This document shows, piece by piece, positions 24,200-34,045 of a stretch of 64,000 nucleotides of DNA (within the stretch, counting starts at the first letter, position 1; each line of letters starts with the position of its first letter). The stretch covers positions 394,161-458,160 of the forward strand of contig CBDCEF010000002.1 in NCBI GenBank assembly GCA_965215735.1, given 5' to 3'. The position numbers and the translations under genes were made by a program. This DNA comes from Dehalococcoidia bacterium. GTDB taxonomy: Bacteria > Chloroflexota > Dehalococcoidia > Lucifugimonadales > UBA1123. The notes beneath the pieces are model-generated. The model was given only the letters and a program-made list of their open reading frames with translations, searched no databases and was not told the DNA's origin.

Positions 24200-25832
24200 T
24201 GTTATTGCTCAGCATAAATGTCCTGACTAACTGACCAGCATAAATGTCACAGTCACCTCATGGAGAATGTGACATTGAACCAGAAAGAGCAGGCAAGACT
24301 TCAGATCCTCAACAGCCTACTGTCGGAGCATATGACGGTGGACCAGGCGGCCACGCTGATGGGAGTGAGCACACGCCACACCAGGCGGATTCTTGCGGCT
24401 TACACAGAAGAAGGAGCAGCCGCACTCGCTCACAGCCATCGGGGTCGGAGGGCTCCCAACACAACACCCGATTCGATAAGTGCCGAGGTGTTGCGTCTAG
24501 CTCGAACCACGTACTCAGGAGTCAACCACACTCATCTGAGCGAACTGCTGAGAGAACGTGATGGCATAGACATAGCCCGTAACACGTTGCGACGCATACT
24601 GGTTGGAGCCGGGGTGAACAGTCCTCGCCGCCGTCGTCCTCCGAAGCACCGTGTTCGTCGGCAACGTATGCCCCGAGAGGGGATGCTGATACAGATCGAT
24701 GGCAGCTATCACCGGTGGCTCGGAGAGGATGGACCTCAGTTCATGCTTCTGCTTGCCGTGGACGACGCCACGGGCAAAGTGGTCAGTGCGCTGTTCTGTG
24801 AGTACGAGAACACCCGAGACTATCTCGTGCTGATGCGGGGACTGATCGAGCGCCACGGGGTACCCATAGCGCTGTACACCGACCGCCACTCGGTCTTCAA
24901 GCACGTACCGGGAACCGGAGCACCGAGCGCTCCAACCCAGTTCTCCCGTGCGATGGACGAGCTCGGAATACAGATGATCTACGCGTTGTCTCCGCAGGCC
25001 AAGGGTCGTGTGGAACGAGCGGCAGGGACCTTCCAGGACAGACTTGTAACGGAGCTTCGACTCGCGGGTGCTACCACCATCGAAGATGCTGGTGTCGTTC
25101 TGAGAGACTTCCTTCCTCACTTCAACGAGCGCTTCGGGGTATCGGCTCCGGAGTCTGAAGTCGCCTACCGTCCTGTGGACAAAGAGAAGTGTCTGGATAG
25201 AGTCCTGTGCTTCAGGCACAGTCGCAAAGTGGCAAAGGACAACACTGTGAGATACCGACGGAGTACGCTTCAGCTGCTGCCCGGCATGGAACGTCCGACC
25301 TACGCTGGAGTGAAGGTGGATGTGCTTGAGGGACTGGACAGTCAACTGATCGTTGAGCACGAGGGTCAACTCATCCCCAGCCAGGAGGCTCCACCCCGTC
25401 CGAACATCCTGCGCGGTGTGAATGGATACCCTTCACACGCACCGCCGTATCGTAACGGTCTGGGCAGCCGCTGGGAGAGAGTTCTGGCCTCACTCGACAG
25501 GGAGAGAGCCGAAGCAATCGACGGCAACCACGACAATGGTGCAGCCAGGATCCGCAAGAAGGCAACCTCTGTACCGAGGAAGCCCACTCCGAAGCAGATC
25601 GCCAGGTGGGAGGCGGTTCACGCAGCGAAGCGCAGGGGCCTGTCCATCAGGGCAATAACCAGGGAGACGGGGGTCCACAGGGAAACCGTACGGAAGTACC
25701 TTAAGACCGACAGTCCGCCGATGAATCGTCCTCGGGTGATGTCCAAAGCATCGTAGTCTGTTACAGTCGCAAAGTTAGACAGGTGACATTTATGCTGGTC
25801 TCTTACCCGGACATTTATGCTGGTCTTCGACA
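24200..25832 (+). mobile_element. ISNCY-like insertion sequence, copy A (1633 bp)
   Basis: The ends are TGTTATTGCTCAGCATAAATG...CATTTATGCTGGTCTTCGACA, and each end carries two CAGCATAAATGTC boxes. The boundaries were defined by comparison with copy B. No flanking target duplication is seen (CTGTTCA versus ATATCTT). Confidence 0.8.
24260..25756 (+). CDS. rve-type DDE transposase with N- and C-terminal HTH (ISNCY-like)
   Basis: The N-terminus reads NQKEQARLQILNSLLSEHMTVDQAATLMGVSTRHTRRIL..GAAALAH.HRGR. DDE candidates are IQIDGSYH, LYTDRHSVF and GRVERAAGTFQDRL. A nearly identical protein lies at 48981-50477. Confidence 0.85.
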   Translation: MENVTLNQKEQARLQILNSLLSEHMTVDQAATLMGVSTRHTRRILAAYTEEGAAALAHSHRGRRAPNTTPDSISAEVLRLARTTYSGVNHTHLSELLRERDGIDIARNTLRRILVGAGVNSPRRRRPPKHRVRRQRMPREGMLIQIDGSYHRWLGEDGPQFMLLLAVDDATGKVVSALFCEYENTRDYLVLMRGLIERHGVPIALYTDRHSVFKHVPGTGAPSAPTQFSRAMDELGIQMIYALSPQAKGRVERAAGTFQDRLVTELRLAGATTIEDAGVVLRDFLPHFNERFGVSAPESEVAYRPVDKEKCLDRVLCFRHSRKVAKDNTVRYRRSTLQLLPGMERPTYAGVKVDVLEGLDSQLIVEHEGQLIPSQEAPPRPNILRGVNGYPSHAPPYRNGLGSRWERVLASLDRERAEAIDGNHDNGAARIRKKATSVPRKPTPKQIARWEAVHAAKRRGLSIRAITRETGVHRETVRKYLKTDSPPMNRPRVMSKAS

Positions 25833-25974
25833 ATATCTTTGAATCATTAACGGTCCCGCAAACTGCCCTTCCTGATTTACCGAACGTCCTCACATAGTAT
25901 GAAAACGAGGCGATTAGCACGAACTATCAGATGACCTCCCTCATAGGAGGGATACTGTTGCCCATGCGAGCAGC

Positions 25975-26361
25975 CTACAAAGACACAGCGACATCTGGTG
26001 CGCCCCTGAGGATCGCACCGTCGAGCGTGGCAAGTGGGACGCCCAATGTCCGGGCCAGGGCCACGAACTCCGCATCGTAGGCGGTGAGGCCGCATTCCAG
26101 CGCGACGTCGAACACCTGGACGCTTGAGACGTTTCCGATACGGGTGCCCAGAATCGTGGCAGCATCGTCGGTCATGGCTTTGGCATGGTCAGGAACAAAG
26201 ACGCCCCGACGCACGAATCCGAGGAGGACATTGCGCAGCTCGCTCATCAGAATGACGGGGGCGGCCCACTCAGGGTCCTGCTGTAACAGCAGGGCGGCAT
26301 CGGGGCCGTGTTCCCCACCCATCAGGAGGTGGATCATGACGTTCGTGTCGACGACGATCAC
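25975..26361 (-). CDS. vapC: PIN-domain toxin, VapC family (second pair)
   Basis: The N-terminus MIVVDTNVMIHLL is typical of PIN toxins, and the size of 128 aa fits. The start overlaps the antitoxin stop (ATGA). Confidence 0.8.
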   Translation of the reverse strand: MIVVDTNVMIHLLMGGEHGPDAALLLQQDPEWAAPVILMSELRNVLLGFVRRGVFVPDHAKAMTDDAATILGTRIGNVSSVQVFDVALECGLTAYDAEFVALARTLGVPLATLDGAILRGAPDVAVSL

Positions 26362-26600
26362 GGACGCCCGCTGTTCCGCATCTCCCGGAGCGTATCCTCG
26401 CTGAGGTCCACCTGCCCGATAGATTCGTGCCGCAGCCGTATTCGTTCAAGGATCGTTTCAGGGTCTACGGACTCACTACGGACCGAGGCGGTCAACCTCG
26501 CGAGTATCTCCCCGTTCAGACTGCGGTGGTTCCGGCTTGCAGCCGCTTTGAGCTCCTGGTGCAGTTGGTCGGGGATGCCACGGAGCGCCAAGTTCGGCAT
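26358..26600 (-). CDS. vapB: ribbon-helix-helix antitoxin (FitA/VapB-like)
   Basis: MPNLALRGIPDQLHQELKAAASRNHRSLNGEILARL is an Arc/MetJ-type RHH. The start is taken at MPNLAL (26600); the ORF is open to 26654. Confidence 0.75.
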   Translation of the reverse strand: MPNLALRGIPDQLHQELKAAASRNHRSLNGEILARLTASVRSESVDPETILERIRLRHESIGQVDLSEDTLREMRNSGRP

Positions 26601-26820
26601 GTTGGTCTTCTTCCGCAGTGATATCGTAATAGTAACCACCCGGCAGCGCGGCACTACTAGTTGCCAGAACGGCTTTCGTCCGCGAGTTGTAGAGGGTCAC
26701 CGCTGCGGACACCCGACGCGTCCTACGGTCTCCGGAATTGGTGTGGAAGCAGACAACCCTGACTGCTAGCCTTGTAGTAGCGCCCAATAGCAATCCTATG
26801 CCTCCGAGAGGAAGTCCCCA

Positions 26821-29800
26821 ATGAGATTCATTACCGGCCTTGCGCTGCGTCGCAGGTCCGTCACCGTTCTTGCCATCATCCTTGTGCTGGCGGCAGGGAT
26901 ATTCACGTACCGGACGCTTCCGGTCGAGCTGTTCCCCGAGATCGAGTTCCCGCTGGTAACCGTCGTCACGTTTTACCCGTCAGCCAATCCCGACGCGGTT
27001 GCCGAGGACGTCACAGCGCCCATTGAGAACGCGATCAAGGGTATCGACGGACTCGACAGCATGCAGTCGGTATCCTCGGAGAACAGGTCCGTCATACTCG
27101 CCAACTTCGAGTTCGGCGTGGACATGGCCGAGGCCGAGAACACGATTGACTCCAATGTCAGAGGAATCCAGTTCCCGACCGGCGTGATTCAGCCGGTCGT
27201 CGGGCGAATCGACCCGGACTCCTTCCCGGTGCTGCAGCTCAGCGTCACCGGTGACAAAGATATGACCGAGCTTCAGCAGGTCACCGAATCCCTTGTCGTG
27301 CCCGCAATCGAGGGTGTTGACGGCGTGTTCAGCGTGGACGTTGCCGGTACCGTCGAGCGCCAGGCTCTGATCTCGGTCGATTCTGAGAAGATGCTCGAGA
27401 AGCGTGTCTCGATGTTCCAGGTGTCCCAGGCGCTCAGAGAGAACAGCGTCACGTTCCCCGGAGGTGCGATCAGGGATGGCGGACGTGTGCTGCCGATCAA
27501 GACGACCAACACATACGAGTCCCTGGACGAGCTCAGGAACCTGGTCGTCGGCTTCTCGGGAGCGCCCACGGGGGCGCCGGGGGCACCGCCGCAACCATCG
27601 GGCCCGCCGCCCATGCCGGTCACACTGGGCGACGTCGCCGACGTAGAACTCGGACCCGCTCCGGTCACAAGCATATCCCGTACCAACGGCAAGCCCAGCA
27701 TCGGAGTGTCGGTTGTCAAAGAGCCCGACGCCAACACGATAGACGTTACCACCGGTGTACTGGACGCGCTCGACGAGATCGGCCCGCTGCCGGCGGGTGT
27801 TGAGATCGTGACGGTGTCCAACGACGGCCCCTCAATTCGCCAGCAGATCGAAACACTCGAACGCGAGGCGATAATGGGGCTGGCGCTCGCAGTCACTGTT
27901 GTGTTCGCGTTCTTCCTCACGCTCAGGCCCTCGGCCATCAGGGGCGTCCTGACCACCCTGCGCCCGACGCTCGTGATAGGGCTGTCGATACCGCTAAGCA
28001 TCTTCACGGGCGTGCTGCTCATGAGCTGGCAGGACCTTTCGCTCAACTTCATGACACTGGGCGGACTGGCGATCTCGGTCGGACGGGTCGTGGACGACAG
28101 CATCGTCGTGCTCGAAAACATCTACCGCAACATTCAGAGCGGCAGAGAGCGATGGCGCGCCGCACTTGACGCTACGGTAGAGGTCGGCCCCGCCATTACG
28201 GCGTCGACGCTAACCACGATCGTAGTGTTCGTGCCGCTTGCGTTCATACAGGGGCTGGTCGGCGCGTTCTTCTTCCCGTTCGCGATCACGGTCTGCTTCG
28301 CGCTGATCGCGTCTCTCGTCGTTGCGCTCACCGCGGTGCCGGTCCTTGGCGCGTACCTGCTGAGGCCGGGCGATCTGCCCGAGGGAGTCGGAGAAGGGGA
28401 CGAGCCGCACGAGGCCGAAAACTGGATGCAGCGCGTGTACACTCCCATACTGCGCTGGACGCTGGGCCACAAGGCGGTCACCCTTGGGGCGGCGATACTG
28501 TTCGTCGTCGCGAGCTTCGGCCTCATGGCGTTCATACCGGTGTCGCTGTTCGGCTCCAGCGACGTGCGCTACGTTTCGATCGACATGTCGCTGCAGCCGG
28601 GCACGCCGGCGCAGTCCACGCTGGCAGAGGCCGCCAAGATCGAAGATGAGATCAGCGGCATTTCCGAGGTGTACCTCACCACGGTCGGCAGCTCTGCCGT
28701 CAGGTTCGGAGAGAACGGCCCAAGCGGGTTCAACCAGGCCAATATCCTGACCAAGCTCAAGTCGGACGCGCCCGAAGACTCCGCGCAAAAGATGAGAGAC
28801 AATCTCGGCAGCGAGGGCCGCAAAGTGAGCGTCACCGAAGTCGCCGACGGTCCTCCGCAAGGCGGGGTCGAGATCAGCATCACGGGGGCCAACTACACAG
28901 ACATAGCATCGGTCACGCGCCAACTGGTGGCCGAACTGGAGACCATCGACGACGTGATAAACGTGACAAGCGACGTGACCGAGGCGCGTGACGAGATTAT
29001 CGTGAACGTCGACCCGGCTGCCGCGGCCAAGACCGGTCTCAGCGCTCAGCAGGTCGCGTTCCAGCTCAACCAGTTCCTGGTCGGACAGACAGTAACCCAG
29101 GTCGAGGTCGACGGTCGCACGATCGACGTTGCGCTGGCAGGCCGCTCCGGTGACATCGACAGTGTGGAGAAGGTCGAGAGCCTCATGATCGCGGGTCCGC
29201 TCGGGGCTGTCCCGCTTGGGACGATCGCATCCGTGCAGGTCCAGCCGGGCCCTGTGACAATCAGCCGCACCGATGGAGTGCGCTCGGCGAGCATCACAGG
29301 CAGCATCACGTCTGACGACACGCAGGCTGTCGGGATCGAGATTCAGCAGAAGATCGAGGGCCTGTCGCTGCCTCCGGGAGTGGAAGTAGCCAGCGGCGGC
29401 GTGTTCGCGCAGATTGCGGAGGGATTCCAGGACATCTTCCTGGCGATGGCTGTCGGGATCGTCCTCGTATACCTGGTAATGGTCGCCGGATTGGGATCAC
29501 TCAGAAACCCGCTCGTGATTGTCACGAGCCTGCCACTCGCGCTGATCGGCGTGCTGGCCGCGCTCGCCATTACCGGCAGGTCGCTGGGGCTTCCCGCGAT
29601 GATGGGCGTTCTGCTCCTGATCGGAATCGTCGTGACGAACGCCATAGTGCTCATCGCATTCGTCGAGCAGCTCAGGCAGCGCGGCCTGAGTGTGTACGAC
29701 GCACTGATCCAGGGCGGACGGATACGCCTGCGCCCGATACTCATGACAGCGATCACCACCAGCTTCGCGCTGCTTCCGCTGGCGGTGTTCGTCGAAGACT

Positions 29801-29979
29801 CGGGCGGCATCATCGGGGCGGAGCTGGCGACCGTCGTGATCGGCGGCCTGGCAAGCTCGACAATTCTGACGCTGGTGGTCGTACCGGTTGTGTACACCCT
29901 GGCGAACGAGAGCATCCCCAACCTGTTCCGGCGCATTCTCCGACGCGACGTTATGGTGCCGCAGCCCGACGCCGCCTGA
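26821..29979 (+). CDS. RND-family efflux transporter permease (AcrB/HAE type)
   Basis: At 1052 aa it has the N-terminal LPVELFPEIEFPLVTVVTFYP, two large periplasmic/extracytoplasmic loops and 12 predicted TM segments. No adjacent membrane-fusion or outer-membrane gene is present. Confidence 0.9.
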   Translation: MRFITGLALRRRSVTVLAIILVLAAGIFTYRTLPVELFPEIEFPLVTVVTFYPSANPDAVAEDVTAPIENAIKGIDGLDSMQSVSSENRSVILANFEFGVDMAEAENTIDSNVRGIQFPTGVIQPVVGRIDPDSFPVLQLSVTGDKDMTELQQVTESLVVPAIEGVDGVFSVDVAGTVERQALISVDSEKMLEKRVSMFQVSQALRENSVTFPGGAIRDGGRVLPIKTTNTYESLDELRNLVVGFSGAPTGAPGAPPQPSGPPPMPVTLGDVADVELGPAPVTSISRTNGKPSIGVSVVKEPDANTIDVTTGVLDALDEIGPLPAGVEIVTVSNDGPSIRQQIETLEREAIMGLALAVTVVFAFFLTLRPSAIRGVLTTLRPTLVIGLSIPLSIFTGVLLMSWQDLSLNFMTLGGLAISVGRVVDDSIVVLENIYRNIQSGRERWRAALDATVEVGPAITASTLTTIVVFVPLAFIQGLVGAFFFPFAITVCFALIASLVVALTAVPVLGAYLLRPGDLPEGVGEGDEPHEAENWMQRVYTPILRWTLGHKAVTLGAAILFVVASFGLMAFIPVSLFGSSDVRYVSIDMSLQPGTPAQSTLAEAAKIEDEISGISEVYLTTVGSSAVRFGENGPSGFNQANILTKLKSDAPEDSAQKMRDNLGSEGRKVSVTEVADGPPQGGVEISITGANYTDIASVTRQLVAELETIDDVINVTSDVTEARDEIIVNVDPAAAAKTGLSAQQVAFQLNQFLVGQTVTQVEVDGRTIDVALAGRSGDIDSVEKVESLMIAGPLGAVPLGTIASVQVQPGPVTISRTDGVRSASITGSITSDDTQAVGIEIQQKIEGLSLPPGVEVASGGVFAQIAEGFQDIFLAMAVGIVLVYLVMVAGLGSLRNPLVIVTSLPLALIGVLAALAITGRSLGLPAMMGVLLLIGIVVTNAIVLIAFVEQLRQRGLSVYDALIQGGRIRLRPILMTAITTSFALLPLAVFVEDSGGIIGAELATVVIGGLASSTILTLVVVPVVYTLANESIPNLFRRILRRDVMVPQPDAA

Positions 29980-29993
29980 GGAGGCCAACTATC

Positions 29994-30551
29994 TTGAGGG
30001 TCTTCGAATTTCATAACCAGGTGCGTCTTCCTACGGCCATAGATGAGACGTTCGAGTTCTTCGCCGACGCTCACAACCTGGAGAGGCTGACGCCGCCGAT
30101 GCTGAGATTCGAGGTCCTCACGCCGTCGCCGATCGAGATGAAGATCGGCACTCTGATCGACTACCGTCTCCGGGTCCGTGGAGTGCCGCTCCGATGGCGG
30201 AGCGAGATCACGGCGTGGGAGCCGCCATACCGCTTCGTCGATGAGCAGCGAAATGGGCCTTACAGCCTTTGGGTCCACGAGCACACCTTCCGGGCCGAGG
30301 ACGGCGGAACACTCGCGGAGGACCACCTGCAGTACGCCGTGCCGGGTGGAGTGCTGATTAACCGGCTGTTCGTTGCCGGGGATGTTCGCAAGATATTCGA
30401 ATTTAGAAACCGGCGTCTGCTACAAATACTGGGTGGGGAAATGCAAAACTCCATCTCCAACAGATTCGTCACTCCCGCGTTCGCGGGAGTCCAGTACCCT
30501 AAACGATGTTGCCAACCGATGGATTCCCGCGTTCGCGGGAATGACAAGTGA
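29994..30551 (+). CDS. SRPBCC-superfamily (cyclase/dehydrase-like) protein
   Basis: Family pattern: FFADAHNLERLTPP...YRLRVRGVPLRWRSEITAWEPPYRFVDEQRNGPYSLWVHEHTF. The last 35 or so codons read through two REP hairpins, so the true C-terminus is uncertain. Confidence 0.7.
   Translation: MRVFEFHNQVRLPTAIDETFEFFADAHNLERLTPPMLRFEVLTPSPIEMKIGTLIDYRLRVRGVPLRWRSEITAWEPPYRFVDEQRNGPYSLWVHEHTFRAEDGGTLAEDHLQYAVPGGVLINRLFVAGDVRKIFEFRNRRLLQILGGEMQNSISNRFVTPAFAGVQYPKRCCQPMDSRVRGNDK
30468..30545. repeat. convergent pair of family-1 REP hairpins
   Basis: GTCACTCCCGCGTTCGCGGGAGTCCAG (30468-30494) and TGGATTCCCGCGTTCGCGGGAATGAC (30520-30545, reverse orientation). Confidence 0.8.
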
Positions 30552-31255
30552 AGCACTCACCCCGTCAACTCGCTGAGATAGCGGCATCCCTCGGTCTCGA
30601 ATTCGACGACATCTCACTGTTGGAGATGGCGTTCGTTCATGGGTCGTTCGTCTCGGAGTTTCCGGGCGTGTTCGACGAGTCGAACCAGAGGCTCGAATTC
30701 CTCGGTGACGCCGTTCTTGGGCTGATCGTCGCGCAGGAGCTGCTGACCAGGTTCCCGGAGTGGCCGGAGGGTCGGCTGACACAGGTGCGAGCCTCACTGG
30801 TGGACGGGCAATCGCTGTCGAAGATCGCCGCAAGACTTGGGCTTGGCGACTGGCTGGTCATGGGACGGGGCGAGATCGAAAGAGGCGGCAGCGAGCGCCG
30901 TTCGAACCTCGCGGACGCGTTCGAGGCGCTGATGGGCGCGCTGTTCCTGGACCAGGGATACGACGCCTCGCGAGACTTCGCCGTTCGCGTCATGGGAGTC
31001 GAGCTGGATCTGGCCGGCGAGGCAGGGGCCGCTCCACGTCATGCCAAGTCACTGCTGCATGAAGCAGCAATGGAGCGCGGCTACGGGCCGCCTAAATACG
31101 AGACGATCGACATGGACGGACCGAGTCACGATCCTATCTTCACGGTCCAGGCCATGGTCAACGGGGTCGCGCTGGGAACGGGCCAGGGCCCAAGCAAGAA
31201 GTCGGCGGGAGCAGAGGCTGCGGTGCAGGCGTTGAGAGAACTGTCGGGCAGGTGA
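30548..31255 (+). CDS. rnc: ribonuclease III
   Basis: The RNase III signature ERLEFLGDAVLGLIVA is present, along with DAFEALMGALFLD and a C-terminal dsRBD (KSLLHE...PKY...GPSHDP.F...G.GPSKKSAGAEAA). Confidence 0.93.
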   Translation: MKHSPRQLAEIAASLGLEFDDISLLEMAFVHGSFVSEFPGVFDESNQRLEFLGDAVLGLIVAQELLTRFPEWPEGRLTQVRASLVDGQSLSKIAARLGLGDWLVMGRGEIERGGSERRSNLADAFEALMGALFLDQGYDASRDFAVRVMGVELDLAGEAGAAPRHAKSLLHEAAMERGYGPPKYETIDMDGPSHDPIFTVQAMVNGVALGTGQGPSKKSAGAEAAVQALRELSGR

Positions 31256-31338
31256 GGCAGAGCAATCGCATTTAGAGTCGATGGGCACATCGTCAGTCGT
31301 CATTCCTCTGAAAATAGCCGACCAGCGCCGGCCCACTT

Positions 31339-31455
31339 GTCATTCCCGCGAACGCGGGAATCCAGGGGAGGGGCAAGGGACGCGACCCCATTTTCATTGC
31401 TCCCTGTGCCGGTGGCAACCCGCGATCGTCATTCCGGCCTTGAGCCGGAATCCAG
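31339..31455 (+). repeat. two family-1 REP hairpins, each followed by GGGAGGG(G/A)CAAGGG
   Basis: GTCATTCCCGCGAACGCGGGAATCCAG (31339-31365) and GTCATTCCGGCCTTGAGCCGGAATCCAG (31428-31455). Confidence 0.8.
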
Positions 31456-31560
31456 GGGAGGGACAAGGGCAGGCTCGCATTGACATGGTGCGTGGGGGTC
31501 AGTCGCCTGTCTCGTGAGTATGCGACTGCTGCTGCCTGAGCGATTCAGTCTTGGATTCGC

Positions 31561-32364
31561 TCAGGGATCGGTAGGCTCCAAGAATATCAGGACCTCTTCC
31601 AGTCCTTCCCTTGCTTGTGCCGAGCGCCTCTGCTGGTCGGCGACACGGTAGCCGTAGACTACCGGGATCGTCTCCTGTGAATATAGTTTTCTGAGCGCCG
31701 TCGCAGACTCGCGAGCTCGTCGGATGTCCCTCTCGCCTATCAGGCCGGAGACCTCAGCCACTATCCAGAGCCGTGTCCCGTCACGCTCACGAATGGCCCG
31801 AGCAACCATGTCGGTCCTGTTGAGCCTGCCCTCTTCTTCCGAGGTGATGGTCCCCGCATCGGCACCCGATTCAATATCGCTGGCGAATTTGTCACTCCTC
31901 TGAAGTGGAGCGACAATGCTACGGGGCACCCATATCACCTGGACTCTCCTGATGCTGAGAGTATCGCTGAGAAGTTGGCACAGGTGAGTGGGAGCCTTTG
32001 CCTCCAAGGCATCGCCTCGCAGACCGTCGACCGTTATCTCCACGCTTCCCAGCCTCGTCTCCACACCTTCCAGCCTGGTCTCTACTCCATCCAGTCTGGT
32101 CTCCACTCCATCCAGTCTGGTCTCCACGCCTTCCAGCCTGGTGTCCACTCCATCCAGCCTGTTCCCCATACCCTTTAGTTGCGAGTCAACCTGCCTGGCG
32201 TTTTCGGCAAACTTCTCAGGCAGTTCAATTAACTCATTGGTCAGCAACTCGCGCCTGGACGCTGCACGAAACTCCTCGTCTTCGTGCCACAGTCTCAGCA
32301 AGTCCTCTGTTGTGCTGATTTCGTCAGCCATCCAGCCTCTCCATGACGAGGCCAATTGTAACAC
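31561..32364 (-). CDS. heptad-repeat coiled-coil protein with C-terminal PD-(D/E)xK-like domain, paralog B
   Basis: Repeats read RLDGVDTRLEGVETRLDGVETRLDGVETRLEGVETRL. The C-terminus reads LWIVAEVSGLIGERDIRRARESATALRKL. It is a paralog of 13323-14219. Confidence 0.55.
   Translation of the reverse strand: MLQLASSWRGWMADEISTTEDLLRLWHEDEEFRAASRRELLTNELIELPEKFAENARQVDSQLKGMGNRLDGVDTRLEGVETRLDGVETRLDGVETRLEGVETRLGSVEITVDGLRGDALEAKAPTHLCQLLSDTLSIRRVQVIWVPRSIVAPLQRSDKFASDIESGADAGTITSEEEGRLNRTDMVARAIRERDGTRLWIVAEVSGLIGERDIRRARESATALRKLYSQETIPVVYGYRVADQQRRSAQAREGLEEVLIFLEPTDP
32038..32163. repeat. six tandem 21-nt units (7-aa RL(D/E)GVET repeats)
   Basis: The units have the form CTCCAC(N)CCTTCCAGCCTGGT / CTCCACTCCATCCAGTCTGGT and were counted directly. 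The analogous array in paralog A lies at 13929-14054. Confidence 0.9.
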
Positions 32365-32526
32365 AATTAGTCCAGAATTACGTATTCCGTAATATCAGTT
32401 GCCGAAAATTGACTTCCAATGAGGGAATTCGTCAACCGGGGGGGGGTACTTGATTAGCCTGTTCAGCGAGTACTCGGTTTGGGCTTGGGTGTTTGCGGCT
32501 TGGGCCTGGGTGGCGGTGGTTGGGGA

Positions 32527-33003
32527 TTAGGCTTGGGCTTCGAGTCCGTCACTATGCGCAAACTCATTGGGAATAGTCGCATAGGAATCTTCTTGAGCTC
32601 TGGCATGGAGATCCTTATCGATGGGAATATCGTAGCCTGTTCCAATCCTGTCACTGGCGCTGCGAAGCGCGTAAACCTCTTCAGGAGTCGAGTCGCTATA
32701 CCAGAGTTGACGCCATTCAGTGGCAAGGTGATCGTACTGTTCGCTGAACAGACGAGCGGCGACAGCTTTGCCGGAGTAGTCCTTGAGATAGAGCCAGATC
32801 GCAACCGCTGAAGCGATAAGCAAAGCGACGGCTGCTATGGCCTCCGGGAAGCGAGCCAACAGGGACGCCGCCGAACTCGAAGCTGATACAACAACCACAC
32901 ATGTGAGAATCAGATGCCATCGACTGTACTTGTCCGAGACCATTCCGTAGTAGCGACCAAGTCGATCAGCCTCAAGAATCCCAGCCCAAATCTGCTCCCT
33001 CAT
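32527..33003 (-). CDS. two-TM hairpin protein (SLATT-like membrane effector candidate)
   Basis: MREQIWAGILEADRLGRYYGMVSDKYSRWHLILTCVVVVSASSSAASLLARFPEAIAAVALLIASAVAIWLYL gives two hydrophobic helices after an amphipathic lead, followed by a soluble tail. The family assignment is tentative. The start is taken at 33003. Confidence 0.4.
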   Translation of the reverse strand: MREQIWAGILEADRLGRYYGMVSDKYSRWHLILTCVVVVSASSSAASLLARFPEAIAAVALLIASAVAIWLYLKDYSGKAVAARLFSEQYDHLATEWRQLWYSDSTPEEVYALRSASDRIGTGYDIPIDKDLHARAQEDSYATIPNEFAHSDGLEAQA

Positions 33004-33040
33004 GCCATCCACTCCTGCTGGCCACATAGTGGCGGTGTCG

Positions 33041-33304
33041 TCAATCTCCAGTCTCGTGAGTGTGAGACTGCTGCCTGAGTACGTTCGACAGCATGCTGTT
33101 GGCGCCTTCGAGACGGGCCTGTTCGCGTTCGACATCGCTGAGCCTCGTGCCCTGCGCATCGATCTTGGCGCCCTGTGCCCTTATCTCTTCGGTGAGCCTG
33201 TTGCTCTGAGAGTGTATCTGCCAGACGAAAATCAGTATCGACAGGAAGATGCCGACCAGGATGGCTGAAACAGAGACGATTTCGCCGATCTCCAAGATAC
33301 ACAC
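33041..33304 (-). CDS. small N-terminal-TM / coiled-coil protein
   Basis: At 87 aa it has one TM segment (IVSVSAILVGIFLSILIFVW) followed by a coiled coil. Its C-terminal codons (LRQQSHTHETGD*) recur as a fragment at 31498-31545. Confidence 0.4.
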   Translation of the reverse strand: MCILEIGEIVSVSAILVGIFLSILIFVWQIHSQSNRLTEEIRAQGAKIDAQGTRLSDVEREQARLEGANSMLSNVLRQQSHTHETGD

Positions 33305-33643
33305 GTCCTCTTTAACGAGCTAACCAAGCGTCGTCTGCGAGAAGTTGAGAATCTATCCTGAGAGGGTCTCCCATAGCTGCCTAGTACACCACGCAAGAAC
33401 GACTCTGATGAGGCTAATCATAACATATATGCACCAGATCTACGTAATCCGCAATTCCATTAGTCCACTACTGACTTCTGATGAAGGAATCAGTCAGTCG
33501 TCAGTACAATGTGCTTCCTGGAACATCTGTTTGACTACGTCTGATTCAGGTGCGAAACTAACTTATACCAATTCGTTTTGACTACGCCGCTAATTTGTCC
33601 GACTACTCTCCATAACTATGCTGCTAGCGCCGATCCCTAATCC

Positions 33644-33670
33644 GTCATTCCCGCGAAAGCGGGAATCCAG
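33644..33670 (+). repeat. REP-like hairpin, family 1
   Basis: GTCATTCCCGCGAAAGCGGGAATCCAG. Confidence 0.8.
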
Positions 33671-33817
33671 AGCTAGTCACACATATACGGCGACATCACT
33701 GCGAATTGGTATTAGTGATGCCTGGGAGGTGGTGGTGCCAGAGGTGGTGTTCGAGCCAGAGCTGCAGAACCCCTGTAACAGGGAGAGTCCTCCCAATCAA
33801 TCGTCAAAGAGGCGCTA

Positions 33818-34045
33818 ATGCAGAGCGAAGTGTCCAGCGTTCAACAGCTAGATATGTTTGCAGATGACGCGCGAGAAGAGCATCTTTGCTTGGATTGTGG
33901 CGTCGACATTTCGCACCGAAGGTGCGATGCCCGACGCTGCGAGCCCTGCTCAACCATTCGCAACAGAGAACGTGCCAAGAATCACTACTGGGCAAACCGT
34001 ACAGAAAAACTAGAGTATATGAAGAGGCGGCAGCAAACCCCTGCG
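33818..34045 (+). pseudogene. 5' part of a zinc-ribbon / endonuclease VII gene interrupted by IS66
   Basis: It encodes the CLDCGVDISHRRCDARRCEPCS module. Removing 34046-35569 (the IS plus one target-duplication copy) joins it in frame (..RRQQTPEGKQIRRAW..) to 35570-36373. Confidence 0.7.
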
